Part shown: positions 8,544-16,338 of the stretch, in pieces | Numbering within the stretch: position 1 is the stretch's first letter | How the letters are laid out: the number at the start of each line of letters is the position of its first letter | Virus record (IMG/VR): IMGVR_UViG_3300035429_000180 | Strand: one strand, 5' to 3' | Length of the DNA stretch: 20,000 bases | Origin: an uncultured virus (IMG/VR IMGVR_UViG_3300035429_000180) | Taxonomy: Duplodnaviria; Heunggongvirae; Uroviricota; Caudoviricetes | The notes under the pieces: model-generated | Told to the model about the DNA's origin: nothing | The model's database searches: none | What the model saw: the letters and a program-made list of their open reading frames with translations, nothing else | Translations under genes and position numbers: made by a program

Positions 8544-8939
8544 TTAAATCTCTTTGATTGTGATACCATGCACTTGCAACATCAGCTTACGCTTGATGAT
8601 GTATTCCGGAGTGCGGTAGCCTTTTGTGTCCTCGACAACCATTTGCCCTGTGGAGTTGTCGATATATACAAAATCAGCTTTGTAACGTACCGGCTTTTCC
8701 TCTATCCCCTCGCTGTTGATTTGCGAGGGGATAAGGAGAAAAACGACTTGTTCGCGGAGTTCAGAGATTACCCCGGCTTTCAGCCATAGTTTCAACTGTT
8801 GTGCGCGATAATATTCTTTTTTGGAATCATAACCATTGCACTTTTCAGCATGATACTTGCTTTTCTTTTTGCCAGAGCCTGATTTCTGTTTCTCAGCGAG
8901 GGCGCGGAACTGTTCAACCGTCAGCCTTTCCTGTTTCAT
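8544..8939 (-). CDS. DUF1064 family PD-(D/E)xK endonuclease (putative resolvase)
   Basis: SKYHAEK..YDSKKE..LREQV.F.L..YKADFVY..VEDTKG.RTPEYIIKRKLM; start moved to MKQERL. Confidence 0.85.
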   Translation of the reverse strand: MKQERLTVEQFRALAEKQKSGSGKKKSKYHAEKCNGYDSKKEYYRAQQLKLWLKAGVISELREQVVFLLIPSQINSEGIEEKPVRYKADFVYIDNSTGQMVVEDTKGYRTPEYIIKRKLMLQVHGITIKEI

Positions 8940-9372
8940 CGGTAAAGAATTGCGCCGGATAAACATCCATGATTTTGGTTTCGGCAACTTTTTCAATCTC
9001 GTAGTCGGCCAGGGTGCCTTTCATGCCTTTGTTGAAGCGGTCTGTGGCCCCTTGCTGGGTGCCGGCCTGAACCATGACGTAAATGGCGGTACGACGTTCT
9101 TTGGCGGTGCGCTCGTCAATAGTGATGACGTTGTATTTTACGCTCCACCACTTATCAGCCGTTTGGTCGTAGAAAATTTCAGCGATGTTGGTTTTCTTAA
9201 TCGCCGGTATGCTGAAATCGCCAGATATGAAAGGGCGCACTTCTTCGGTGATACGAGCTTCTGCTTCCGTGAAACTCAGAGCGTCGACAAGGTAAGGTTC
9301 GGTTACTCTCTTGACGCTTCCGTTCTCCATCATTTTGTCGTAACGGACTTTACATTCAAACCAGAGTGCCAT
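8914..9372 (-). CDS. DUF4494 family protein
   Basis: WFECKVRYDKMMENG..K.VTEPYLVDALSFTEAEARI...ETKIMDVY. Confidence 0.85.
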   Translation of the reverse strand: MALWFECKVRYDKMMENGSVKRVTEPYLVDALSFTEAEARITEEVRPFISGDFSIPAIKKTNIAEIFYDQTADKWWSVKYNVITIDERTAKERRTAIYVMVQAGTQQGATDRFNKGMKGTLADYEIEKVAETKIMDVYPAQFFTDETGKADG

Positions 9373-9374
9373 AA

Positions 9375-9656
9375 TTATACTTTTGAATTAAGTTTGTCTT
9401 TGAGTTCTTTGGAAATGACGAGCTTTGCAGAACGATGAGCCGGAATGATGACAGGCTTGTCAATATTCATGTTGCGGCCAATCTTTTTGGCCTTGTTGAC
9501 CGGTTTGATTGTTGCGAAGCCTCGCAGGGTTACAGCCTCGCCACGAGCGAGAGAGTCAGAGATCGAGCTGATCATTCCTTCAACAGCCCGAATGGCAGAT
9601 GAACGATGAAGACCACAGTTGTTAGTCAGGTGGTCAATGATGTCTTGCTTAGTCAT
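9375..9656 (-). CDS. HU/IHF family DNA-binding protein
   Basis: MTKQDII...GEAVTLRGFAT...GRNMN..PVIIPA...SKELK. Confidence 0.92.
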   Translation of the reverse strand: MTKQDIIDHLTNNCGLHRSSAIRAVEGMISSISDSLARGEAVTLRGFATIKPVNKAKKIGRNMNIDKPVIIPAHRSAKLVISKELKDKLNSKV

Positions 9657-9816
9657 TGTTTTGAATTTTGAGTTTACGGTTTATCTTTTCTTTAAGCTGA
9701 GTTATAGCCCATGCGTGTGTGCTATTGCGCAATCCTTTCTTTGATTTGTAATGCTCGATTGCGATGTCAAGACACAACAAGATGCGCTCAGTATCGGCAT
9801 TGCTAATCTCTACCAT
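9649..9816 (-). CDS. Small hypothetical protein (55 aa)
   Basis: Below the track cutoff: MVEISNADTERILLCLDIAIEHYKSKKGLRNSTHAWAITQLKEKINRKLKIQNND*; overlaps both neighbours. Confidence 0.65.
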   Translation of the reverse strand: MVEISNADTERILLCLDIAIEHYKSKKGLRNSTHAWAITQLKEKINRKLKIQNND

Positions 9817-11215
9817 AGTCCATGAATGAATTTACCAACTCGTCAAAATACAGTTGGTCGGTTGGAACATCATCGTCAGTGCCTAATATTTGATTGGCGA
9901 TTGACTTTTTATTGTGAATTATCTGGTAGAGCTTATGATCAATAGTATGCTCACCGAGCAGATAATAGCACGTCACATTCTCTTTTTGGCCGATGCGGTG
10001 ACAGCGGTCCTCACACTGACAGCAGTCGGCATAAGTCCACGGAAATTCAACAAAGGCCACGGAGGATGAGGCTGTGAGGGTAAGGCCGACACCTGCGGCC
10101 TTTATAGAGCATATTGCGAGTTTGGAGTGTCCACCCTGAAAACTATCCACCGCCGCCTGTTTTTCAACGAGACTTTCTCGTCCTGTAATAGTAACAGCTT
10201 TGGGGAATTGTTTCTTAAGATCATCTACAATATCGTGATAGGAACAGAAAACGACAAGAGACTTATCATTGGCAAGATGTGTTTTGATGAAGTCAACAGC
10301 CTGTTTAATCTTGCCTTTAGCAGACAGTGCGCGCAGAGTCATGAACTTTACCAAAGCTTTCATGCGCATTTTACGACGTATCTCAACATCGGTACACTCG
10401 GTGTATTCTTCGAGGTATCGGCGCAGATCGTTTTCAGCAATGTTGTATTCCTCACGATTGCTGATGTCAACATAAAGGTCAACTCGCGTCTTGTCGGGCA
10501 AGTCAGTCAACACTGTTTTCTTTTCACGGCGTATCATGCACTTGTCATAGAGGTTACGCGACAATTCCGTGAGGTCACTGTCTTTTTGGCCATAGTCAGA
10601 CAAGAATTTACTCCGACCGCCAAACTCTGTCATCCGCTCCATGATTGAGAGCTGTGCTATGAGGTCGTGCGGACGGTTGACAACAGGTGTACCTGACAGC
10701 AACACGATATAAGGCTTGCCGGTGGTTATGCCCTTTGTGAAGATTGTCTGCTGTGCTTCGGGATCTTTAACTCGGTGACTCTCGTCAATGATAACGGAGC
10801 GAAAGTATCTCTTCTCTGGGCAGAAGACAACATCTTTCAACCGAAATGTACCGTTAGTTTTAATATCCCACACGAAATATTTGCGCAGACTCTCATAATT
10901 GACAATGGCAACGTGATACATCCCCATTCGCAGTAGGTATGGCCATGTTGTTCTGGTTGAATTGTCAAGTACCAGGGCATTCTTATAAGTAAACTTTTCA
11001 AACTCGCGTTTCCAATTTATCTTTAACGAGGCGGGGCAGATAACCAAACATGGATAGGCGTTAGCACAGTCGACTATACCTATGCTCTGCAAGGTCTTTC
11101 CAAGCCCCGGCTCGTCACCGATCATCAACCGTTTTTTTTGCAATCCGAACAGGATGCCGTCGCGTTGATAGGGGTAAGGCTCAACTTTGAGTTTGTGTTT
11201 TAGTTCTTTTGACAT
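9803..11215 (-). CDS. SNF2-family (SF2) helicase/ATPase
   Basis: PYPYQ, DEPGLGKT, DESH, LLSGTP, AAGVGLTL, QCEDRCHRIGQ; start taken at MSKELKH. Confidence 0.93.
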   Translation of the reverse strand: MSKELKHKLKVEPYPYQRDGILFGLQKKRLMIGDEPGLGKTLQSIGIVDCANAYPCLVICPASLKINWKREFEKFTYKNALVLDNSTRTTWPYLLRMGMYHVAIVNYESLRKYFVWDIKTNGTFRLKDVVFCPEKRYFRSVIIDESHRVKDPEAQQTIFTKGITTGKPYIVLLSGTPVVNRPHDLIAQLSIMERMTEFGGRSKFLSDYGQKDSDLTELSRNLYDKCMIRREKKTVLTDLPDKTRVDLYVDISNREEYNIAENDLRRYLEEYTECTDVEIRRKMRMKALVKFMTLRALSAKGKIKQAVDFIKTHLANDKSLVVFCSYHDIVDDLKKQFPKAVTITGRESLVEKQAAVDSFQGGHSKLAICSIKAAGVGLTLTASSSVAFVEFPWTYADCCQCEDRCHRIGQKENVTCYYLLGEHTIDHKLYQIIHNKKSIANQILGTDDDVPTDQLYFDELVNSFMDYGRD

Positions 11216-11342
11216 TCTTTTGAGAATATATTTTGCGATAGACAGCACATATCTCATCAAAGCTCATACCGGGATAAGTGAGTGAACCTGCGCGAAACTG
11301 ATTGATTGAATCGCGCAGATCTTTTTTACGTTTATCAGGCAT
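11181..11342 (-). CDS. Small hypothetical protein (53 aa)
   Basis: MPDKRKKDLRDSINQFRAGSLTYPGMSFDEICAVYRKIYSQKNVKRTKTQTQS*; starts 2 nt after the upstream stop. Confidence 0.5.
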   Translation of the reverse strand: MPDKRKKDLRDSINQFRAGSLTYPGMSFDEICAVYRKIYSQKNVKRTKTQTQS

Positions 11343-11344
11343 GA

Positions 11345-12007
11345 TTAATAGAGATTAAAGCACCAATACTGAAATGCAAGCTCCTCATATTTCTCGCGGC
11401 CACGAGTGTATATCTCGTCGCCTCGCTCGATGAACTTTTTGAATATCCGGCAATTTTTTTTCGAGATAGCATAGATGAAATCGCGGTTTGACTGTGCGAT
11501 ATCCATGTACCAGGCGCGGGAGCGGTCCCAATCAAAAAAGTCAACGGCCTCATCAAATTCTGCCTGTGAGGCGGCAAAGGTGGTTTTGAGGTCTCCACCA
11601 AAGTGAAAGACCTTCAACCACCAATCCCACTTACAGCGAGTATCGAGGGTGAAAGGATAGCCGCCGTACTCAAATTGTTGATCATGATTTACCATGAAAC
11701 ATTGGGTCTCGGCTTCCGCCAACACTCTTGCGAGAAATTGATCCCGACGAGCTTCCATGCGCAAAGCCTTGTGCATTTCCTGTGCGTGGCGAAACTCGTC
11801 CTCGTTGTACTGAATATCATCGACAGTGAAGCGAAAATAATTCACTCGCACCGGTTCAGTGATTATCGCGTCAACAAGATTGCCAAACCGAAAAGCGGCC
11901 TCTTTATCCCCGAATTGCATGCGGGGATGGAGGATATTTTTCAATTCGGTCAAATCAGAGTTGGAGACCTCGCTTCGGTTGTAGTATTCATCTGGGTTAT
12001 GGTTCAT
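11345..12007 (-). CDS. PD-(D/E)xK exonuclease (RecE/exonuclease VIII-like)
   Basis: YYNRSEVSNSDL, FGNLVDAIITEP, RCKWD...GGDLKTT; two genes from recT. Confidence 0.8.
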   Translation of the reverse strand: MNHNPDEYYNRSEVSNSDLTELKNILHPRMQFGDKEAAFRFGNLVDAIITEPVRVNYFRFTVDDIQYNEDEFRHAQEMHKALRMEARRDQFLARVLAEAETQCFMVNHDQQFEYGGYPFTLDTRCKWDWWLKVFHFGGDLKTTFAASQAEFDEAVDFFDWDRSRAWYMDIAQSNRDFIYAISKKNCRIFKKFIERGDEIYTRGREKYEELAFQYWCFNLY

Positions 12008-12008
12008 A

Positions 12009-13217
12009 CTACTGTGCTTTTACATCATCAAAATATTCAAGTCCGGGGCTTTCAACAAAGATTTCCTCCTTAGTGGCAAGCTTCTCACAGTATGTAAGTT
12101 GCTTTTTGAAAATTTTGGTAAGCTCATCAACTGAGAGTGTGCAGCCCTCTCGTTGCCACCACAGTGACACGATGCCAAGGAATGCAGAGGGATCGTTAAC
12201 CTTGATCTTCTTGCTGACTTTAGCCTTGGGGGTGTAGACTTGATCAGCCTTTGCCATGCTGAAAAGTCCTGCCATTTCAGCGTTGGACTTATCCAGCTCA
12301 GCTTTTTGTCTGGCCTCGGCTTCGGCTTTTTGGCGTTCCTGTTCTTTTCTTGCGGCATCTTCTGCCTCACGTTTCGTCATTTCTGCCTTGAGGCGAGCCG
12401 CTTCGGCTGCATCGGCCTCGGCCATACGCTCAAGCTCGATTTTCTTAGAGTGCAGTTTATCAAGTATCTCATTGCGATAATCATCGACCTCAAACACAAA
12501 TTGCTTCTCAAATCTTGGCAGAAGTTTTTGGAATGCTTCATTGCGGATTGCTTTTGCCTCATCGGATGTAAGATTATAAGGTAACCGCACCGAAGATGGC
12601 GGACACCAATCAGCAGGAAGTGTTGTCTGATATCCAGTGATGGTATCGAACGTAGCCGTGTAGTTTTCAAGTGTCACACCATTATTCATTCTGGTGAGAT
12701 CATTGATTGAATTTGTCACAAGACTGTTGAATGAATTGAGGTAGTCTTCTTCAACGGCAACACGATAACCTTCTTTGGCCTTTATAAGTTCCTGGGCGGC
12801 AATTTCAGCTTTACGGCGACGCTCCTCTTCCTCACGTTTTTTTGCGGCGTAAGCGTTGCGGTATTGTGTGATACGATAGGGAACTGTATCTTTCTTTGTT
12901 GGGTCTATAGTGTTTTCAAGTAAGGTAAACTCAGAACGTACCTGATCGAAAAGTTTTGTAACCGGCGAGCGACGCTCGTTCATGGCCTTTACTGTCTTGC
13001 GCGTCTTCTCGATATAGGCAGCAAGTCGGCGGTCAAGATCGTCACTCATGCCGCTACGCTCGATTTCATCAAGGAGTTGCAGTCCTGCCTCATTGCATCG
13101 CTGACATGACAAGGCGTTAGTCTGGTACGATTGCGGTCCGGCCTGAGCAATCGTAGTAATGTTTTCCTGACGCACGATCACAGCGTCAGAAATAGGAATA
13201 AGTTGTTGCTGGCTCAT
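12009..13217 (-). CDS. Coiled-coil phage protein in the recombination module
   Basis: 402 aa with E/K/R/A-rich helical segments, between recT and the exonuclease. Confidence 0.8.
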   Translation of the reverse strand: MSQQQLIPISDAVIVRQENITTIAQAGPQSYQTNALSCQRCNEAGLQLLDEIERSGMSDDLDRRLAAYIEKTRKTVKAMNERRSPVTKLFDQVRSEFTLLENTIDPTKKDTVPYRITQYRNAYAAKKREEEERRRKAEIAAQELIKAKEGYRVAVEEDYLNSFNSLVTNSINDLTRMNNGVTLENYTATFDTITGYQTTLPADWCPPSSVRLPYNLTSDEAKAIRNEAFQKLLPRFEKQFVFEVDDYRNEILDKLHSKKIELERMAEADAAEAARLKAEMTKREAEDAARKEQERQKAEAEARQKAELDKSNAEMAGLFSMAKADQVYTPKAKVSKKIKVNDPSAFLGIVSLWWQREGCTLSVDELTKIFKKQLTYCEKLATKEEIFVESPGLEYFDDVKAQ

Positions 13218-13232
13218 GTTGTTGGATTATTA

Positions 13233-13262
13233 GCCGTGTCTACCCTTAAGAGCAGACACGGC
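13233..13262 (-). other. Intergenic 13-bp RNA hairpin
   Basis: GCCGTGTCTGCTC-TTAA-GGGTAGACACGGC; two G-U pairs form only on the minus strand; no U tract. Confidence 0.7.
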
Positions 13263-13273
13263 AGGATTTATTG

Positions 13274-14236
13274 TTAGAATACTTCGTCATCATTGGCAGA
13301 CTGCGAGGGGTCGACGGTTACACCGAGTGACATATCAGGCGCAGGCGCAAAACTTTCTTCACGAGTTGATGTTGTGGACTGTTGGTCATCACCACCGACC
13401 ATGTCGTAAAAGTCATCGTCCTGTCGTGGAGCTTCATCGGCCTCATAGGTAGTACCACGGCCAATGCGTAGCTTCGGGTAGGTCTTGAATGCGTGTTTTA
13501 TACACTTGGCCATAAGGAAACCGCTGTCGATGCGGTTGCCTTCGCCTGATGAATACAAGGCGTTGGGAGTCTCGATATATTCACGTCGGTTGTTATCCCA
13601 CTTTTTATTGGCTTTGCCTGAATAACCGGCGAGGCGTCGCCAATCTTCTTCAAGCATAACCGCATAGTCAATTGAACCATCTGCACGAGTAATACGCATG
13701 AAGCAAGCGATAGGCCGTTCTGGGTTGTGGTTGATGTTGAGGGTAAAATCAACCGATTTCGTGCCGTTGTGGTCGGCAAAACTGAAACCGTCACCCTCGT
13801 AGACAATAATAGGATTGTCTGCATGGCGTATCTGGCCGGCACGTTTGCGTTGGATCAGTTCTCCGTAGCCGGAGATTGTAAGGGTACAGCGTTGCTCGTA
13901 GATATCCTTGCCGCTTGAGTCCTTTTGACCTGTCTTGTAACCGCGTGGTTGGAGATAGGCAAGGGCGCGTACGCCCGGCTCAACTGAGAGACCACAGACA
14001 GCGAGATCAATAAATGCAATGAAGATTGATGTTGGCGTACAGGCTTTGAGGTTTGCGCTGTCGGAAATCAGACGGTTGAAGTGAATTGCTTCACGTTCAT
14101 ATGCGGCTTCGGCTTCTGCTTCGCCCCATAAGTCGCCCCATAACTGAATGAAGCGTTGGCGCACAAGGTCGTCCTTGACGACTTCCATCGGCTTCAAAGA
14201 AGCGACGTGTTGTGCAGAGATTGTTACTTTGCTCAT
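13274..14236 (-). CDS. recT: RecT-family single-strand annealing protein
   Basis: LKACTPTSIFIAFIDLAVCGLS, AYLQP, ISGYGEL, IVYEGD.F, acidic C-terminal tail. Confidence 0.88.
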   Translation of the reverse strand: MSKVTISAQHVASLKPMEVVKDDLVRQRFIQLWGDLWGEAEAEAAYEREAIHFNRLISDSANLKACTPTSIFIAFIDLAVCGLSVEPGVRALAYLQPRGYKTGQKDSSGKDIYEQRCTLTISGYGELIQRKRAGQIRHADNPIIVYEGDGFSFADHNGTKSVDFTLNINHNPERPIACFMRITRADGSIDYAVMLEEDWRRLAGYSGKANKKWDNNRREYIETPNALYSSGEGNRIDSGFLMAKCIKHAFKTYPKLRIGRGTTYEADEAPRQDDDFYDMVGGDDQQSTTSTREESFAPAPDMSLGVTVDPSQSANDDEVF

Positions 14237-14279
14237 GTTGAGAATTATTAAGTTATAATGTTTGGTGGATCATGTTTAG

Positions 14280-14308
14280 AAAAAACCGGCCCCAACTCGT
14301 GAGGCCGG
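14280..14308 (-). terminator. Intrinsic terminator upstream of recT
   Basis: CCGGCCTCA-CGAGT-TGGGGCCGG-TTTTTT. Confidence 0.75.
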
Positions 14309-14376
14309 CATACCTAAACATGAGCAGAATTCTTTTGCCGAAGCAAAGCTCCTTACAGCAATGAGAATAATTCTAC

Positions 14377-14459
14377 TTGTGGACGGTATGGGAGTCGAAC
14401 CCATCTCTCTGCGTCAGCGCGCCTCTGCAGTGTTTCAGCCAACTAAATACTTACCGTCC
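14377..14459 (-). ncRNA. tRNA-like element A (no canonical anticodon loop)
   Basis: Acceptor GGACGGT/ACCGTCC + ACAA; T arm ATGGG-TTCGACT-CCCAT; anticodon arm CTGC-AGAGGCGCGCTGAC-GCAG lacks a U33-type 7-nt loop. Confidence 0.75.
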
Positions 14460-14464
14460 ATGTG

Positions 14465-14496
14465 AAAATCCGCCCACGCTTCACAGCGGAGACGGA
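14465..14496 (-). terminator. GNRA-capped hairpin with short U tract between tRNA-like elements
   Basis: TCCGTCTC-CGCT-GTGA-AGCG-TGGGCGGA-TTTT. Confidence 0.55.
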
Positions 14497-14530
14497 GTAT
14501 TAGTACATATTGGAATTTTGAGACTGGAAA

Positions 14531-14652
14531 TTAGGGCAACAGGCGGGACTCGAACCCGCATAGTCGGAAGCCGTGGTCAATTTAAGGCAATCTTAAAGGC
14601 CACCACGGTTGACGGTAACACCGGACCGCACCTTACACCGCTTGCTGTTGTC
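14531..14652 (-). ncRNA. tRNA-like element B (expanded, branched anticodon region)
   Basis: Acceptor GACAACAG/CTGTTGCC with one mismatch; T arm GCGGG-TTCGAGT-CCCGC; inserted hairpins CGGT-GTT-ACCG and CCGTGGT..TTTAAG-ATTGC-CTTAAA..ACCACGG. Confidence 0.7.
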
Positions 14653-14769
14653 GCACACCATATTGGTTTTATCTTGTGTGTCAGTTATATTTCAGCCACA
14701 GAACATCAAATAAACAAGAATTGTCCGGCTTAATCAATCTTCGTATGTCAAAACAGGCAAGAGTAATCC

Positions 14770-14995
14770 GGCCTGATCAACGTTAAGGCGTCGAAATAAA
14801 CCAACTCATTATATCGGGTTTAGTCAATATGTAGGGCAGCGACTTAACGCTGCATTAAAAGTCATACTTGCTACTCACGCTCATAGCGTCCGTTCGTGTG
14901 TATCGCATCGGGGAGTTTATCCCCCTGATTAGCTACCGTCTCGCTATGTATTGGTTGAGGTACACGTACCTTGCGAGGTCAGGCCACCCGCTATG
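14770..14995 (-). ncRNA. Putative multi-helix structured RNA domain
   Basis: Closing helix GGCCTGA/TCAGGCC (14979-85 with 14770-76); internal hairpins at 14797-14822, 14836-14853, 14877-14889, 14910-14925 and 14958-14979; no minus-strand ORF in the track. Confidence 0.55.
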
Positions 14996-15010
14996 GGTCG
15001 TTTTTATTGA

Positions 15011-15092
15011 TTGTGAACGGAGCAGGATTCGAACCTGCAACCACCGGCTTTCGTTAACCGGCCTCTATCCGATTGAGTTTATATATCCGTCC
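15011..15092 (-). tRNA. tRNA-like element C, degenerate tRNA-Arg(ACG)-like
   Basis: Acceptor GGACGGA/TCCGTTC + ACAA; D arm CTC-AATCGGATA-GAG; CCGGT-TAACGAAA-GCCGG with an 8-nt loop; T arm GCAGG-TTCGAAT-CCTGC; over-long TATATAAA linker before the D stem. Confidence 0.7.
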
Positions 15093-15099
15093 GGGGTGA

Positions 15100-15363
15100 C
15101 TACCTGAAATAGTCTTGTTTGGTATCTTTGAGCCGTTGAAGTTCCGAAACCTTGTACTCCAACTTTCGTGTGCGCTTACAAGGCTCGATTTTTCCTGTAT
15201 CTCGCCACCGCTCAACGTTTGATCGACCGAAGCGGCGAAACGCCTCATTTTGGCAGATGTATTCCGGCTCGTCCTTTTTGCGTATCCTTTCGGCAAGAGC
15301 GTCGGCAAGGTCGTTGAGGAACACTGCGTAAGGCACGACTCTGTCGCTAAACTGAATTGTCAT
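15100..15363 (-). CDS. Excisionase-like HTH DNA-binding protein
   Basis: EYICQNEAFRRFGRSNVERWRDTGKI...LEYKVSEL, MerR/Xis-type winged HTH pattern. Confidence 0.7.
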   Translation of the reverse strand: MTIQFSDRVVPYAVFLNDLADALAERIRKKDEPEYICQNEAFRRFGRSNVERWRDTGKIEPCKRTRKLEYKVSELQRLKDTKQDYFR

Positions 15364-15508
15364 AGTCGTATTTCTTTTTGGTAATTATCCATTTCAGGCC
15401 GGTGACCGTCTGCAACTGTGCTTTAATCTTCTTGGCTTTGGCAAGAGTATCAGCCCATGCTTCCGAGCGATTGCCACGGCCAACCGGCCTGATAAAATAC
15501 CGTATCAT
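15347..15508 (-). CDS. Small basic hypothetical protein (53 aa)
   Basis: Likely real 3' part of track ORF 15347..15907; ATG 15508 overlaps the upstream TGA. Confidence 0.6.
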   Translation of the reverse strand: MIRYFIRPVGRGNRSEAWADTLAKAKKIKAQLQTVTGLKWIITKKKYDYDNSV

Positions 15509-15732
15509 GATTTTGAGAGTTTGACTTTGGCGTTGTGTTCGCGCAGCTCTTTTATCGACGCACGGAAAAACAGGCGATAGCCACTGACATATCCGCTGAT
15601 TGCGAAGCACACAGCGCAGAAGATTTGACCTGCGAACAGGCTGCGGAGGGTGTATGATACTCCGAACATTATAACCAGCACGGAGAAGATCACCTGACCG
15701 ACGTAGAAATTTCTTGCTAATCGTTGATACAT
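15505..15732 (-). CDS. Small two-TM membrane protein
   Basis: 75 aa, two hydrophobic segments, basic C-terminus. Confidence 0.7.
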   Translation of the reverse strand: MYQRLARNFYVGQVIFSVLVIMFGVSYTLRSLFAGQIFCAVCFAISGYVSGYRLFFRASIKELREHNAKVKLSKS

Positions 15733-15743
15733 AGCTGTGAAAT

Positions 15744-15977
15744 TTAATAGGGTTCAACTCCTGCGGCGATAAACGCTGCTTCTTCATCGACCGAGCCACA
15801 CCAAGTATCGAGATACTCATTGGTTGCCTGATAGGTGTTGTCGTTGTGGGCATAGCCACGAGCGGCGCAAAATGCCGCCCACGATATTTTGGCACGTTGC
15901 TCGTCAAGAGTGGCCTGTTGAGACTTGCAGCCGGTGAGGGCGGCGAGGATTGCTAGAGTGAGAATTATTTTCTTCAT
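15744..15977 (-). CDS. Small lipoprotein
   Basis: MKKIILTLAILAALTGC, SPII signal with lipobox LTGC. Confidence 0.8.
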   Translation of the reverse strand: MKKIILTLAILAALTGCKSQQATLDEQRAKISWAAFCAARGYAHNDNTYQATNEYLDTWCGSVDEEAAFIAAGVEPY

Positions 15978-15990
15978 GTCGTTTAGGTAT

Positions 15991-16311
15991 TTAGATTATC
16001 ACTGCGTCTTCTCCCTCAAACCATTGGTCATAGCCTTCTGCATAGCAGTAACCGGCGAGTGAAGAAAGTAAATCCCATGCCATTTCGTTAATCTTCTCGT
16101 CATCGTCGCTGACATAAGTGTCGCGGTGGTCGTCGTCCTTATACTCGACAACTACATTGGCTGTGAGAGCCTGTTTGAAGTGTTCACGGCCGGCCGGTGT
16201 GAGTTTGACAGGGGGACACACGGCAATTGAGTCTATGCCGTCTACGCAAACATCGCGGTCGTGGCCGATGATGTTAATTGCGTGCAGGAGTTCTTCTAAT
16301 GTTACGTTCAT
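15991..16311 (-). CDS. Acidic hypothetical early protein
   Basis: 106 aa, D/E-rich, first gene after cro. Confidence 0.75.
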   Translation of the reverse strand: MNVTLEELLHAINIIGHDRDVCVDGIDSIAVCPPVKLTPAGREHFKQALTANVVVEYKDDDHRDTYVSDDDEKINEMAWDLLSSLAGYCYAEGYDQWFEGEDAVII

Positions 16312-16338
16312 GTTTAGGTGGGTTAAGGATTATCCAAT

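Noticed and set aside
11288..11327. CTGCGCGA/TCGCGCAG inverted repeat followed by a T run on the + strand
   Set aside because: 15-nt loop, lies within a probable small ORF and is antisense to the operon; weak support
14632..14639. CTTACACC inside tRNA-like element B matches the repeats upstream of int, hinting at antisense control of int
   Set aside because: Only 8 nt and does not extend; roughly 0.6 chance occurrences are expected in 20 kb over both strands. Worth revisiting only if it covaries in homologs
14377..15092. Calling the three elements functional decoding tRNAs
   Set aside because: None has a canonical 7-nt anticodon loop with U33, and D-arm or linker geometry is abnormal
14377..15107. 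Plus-strand ORFs 14377..14733 and 14868..15107
   Set aside because: TTG starts, antisense to the operon and to the tRNA-like elements, no recognisable protein features
15509..15907. 5' part of track ORF 15347..15907
   Set aside because: Overlaps two better-supported genes (lipoprotein and 2-TM protein) in other frames
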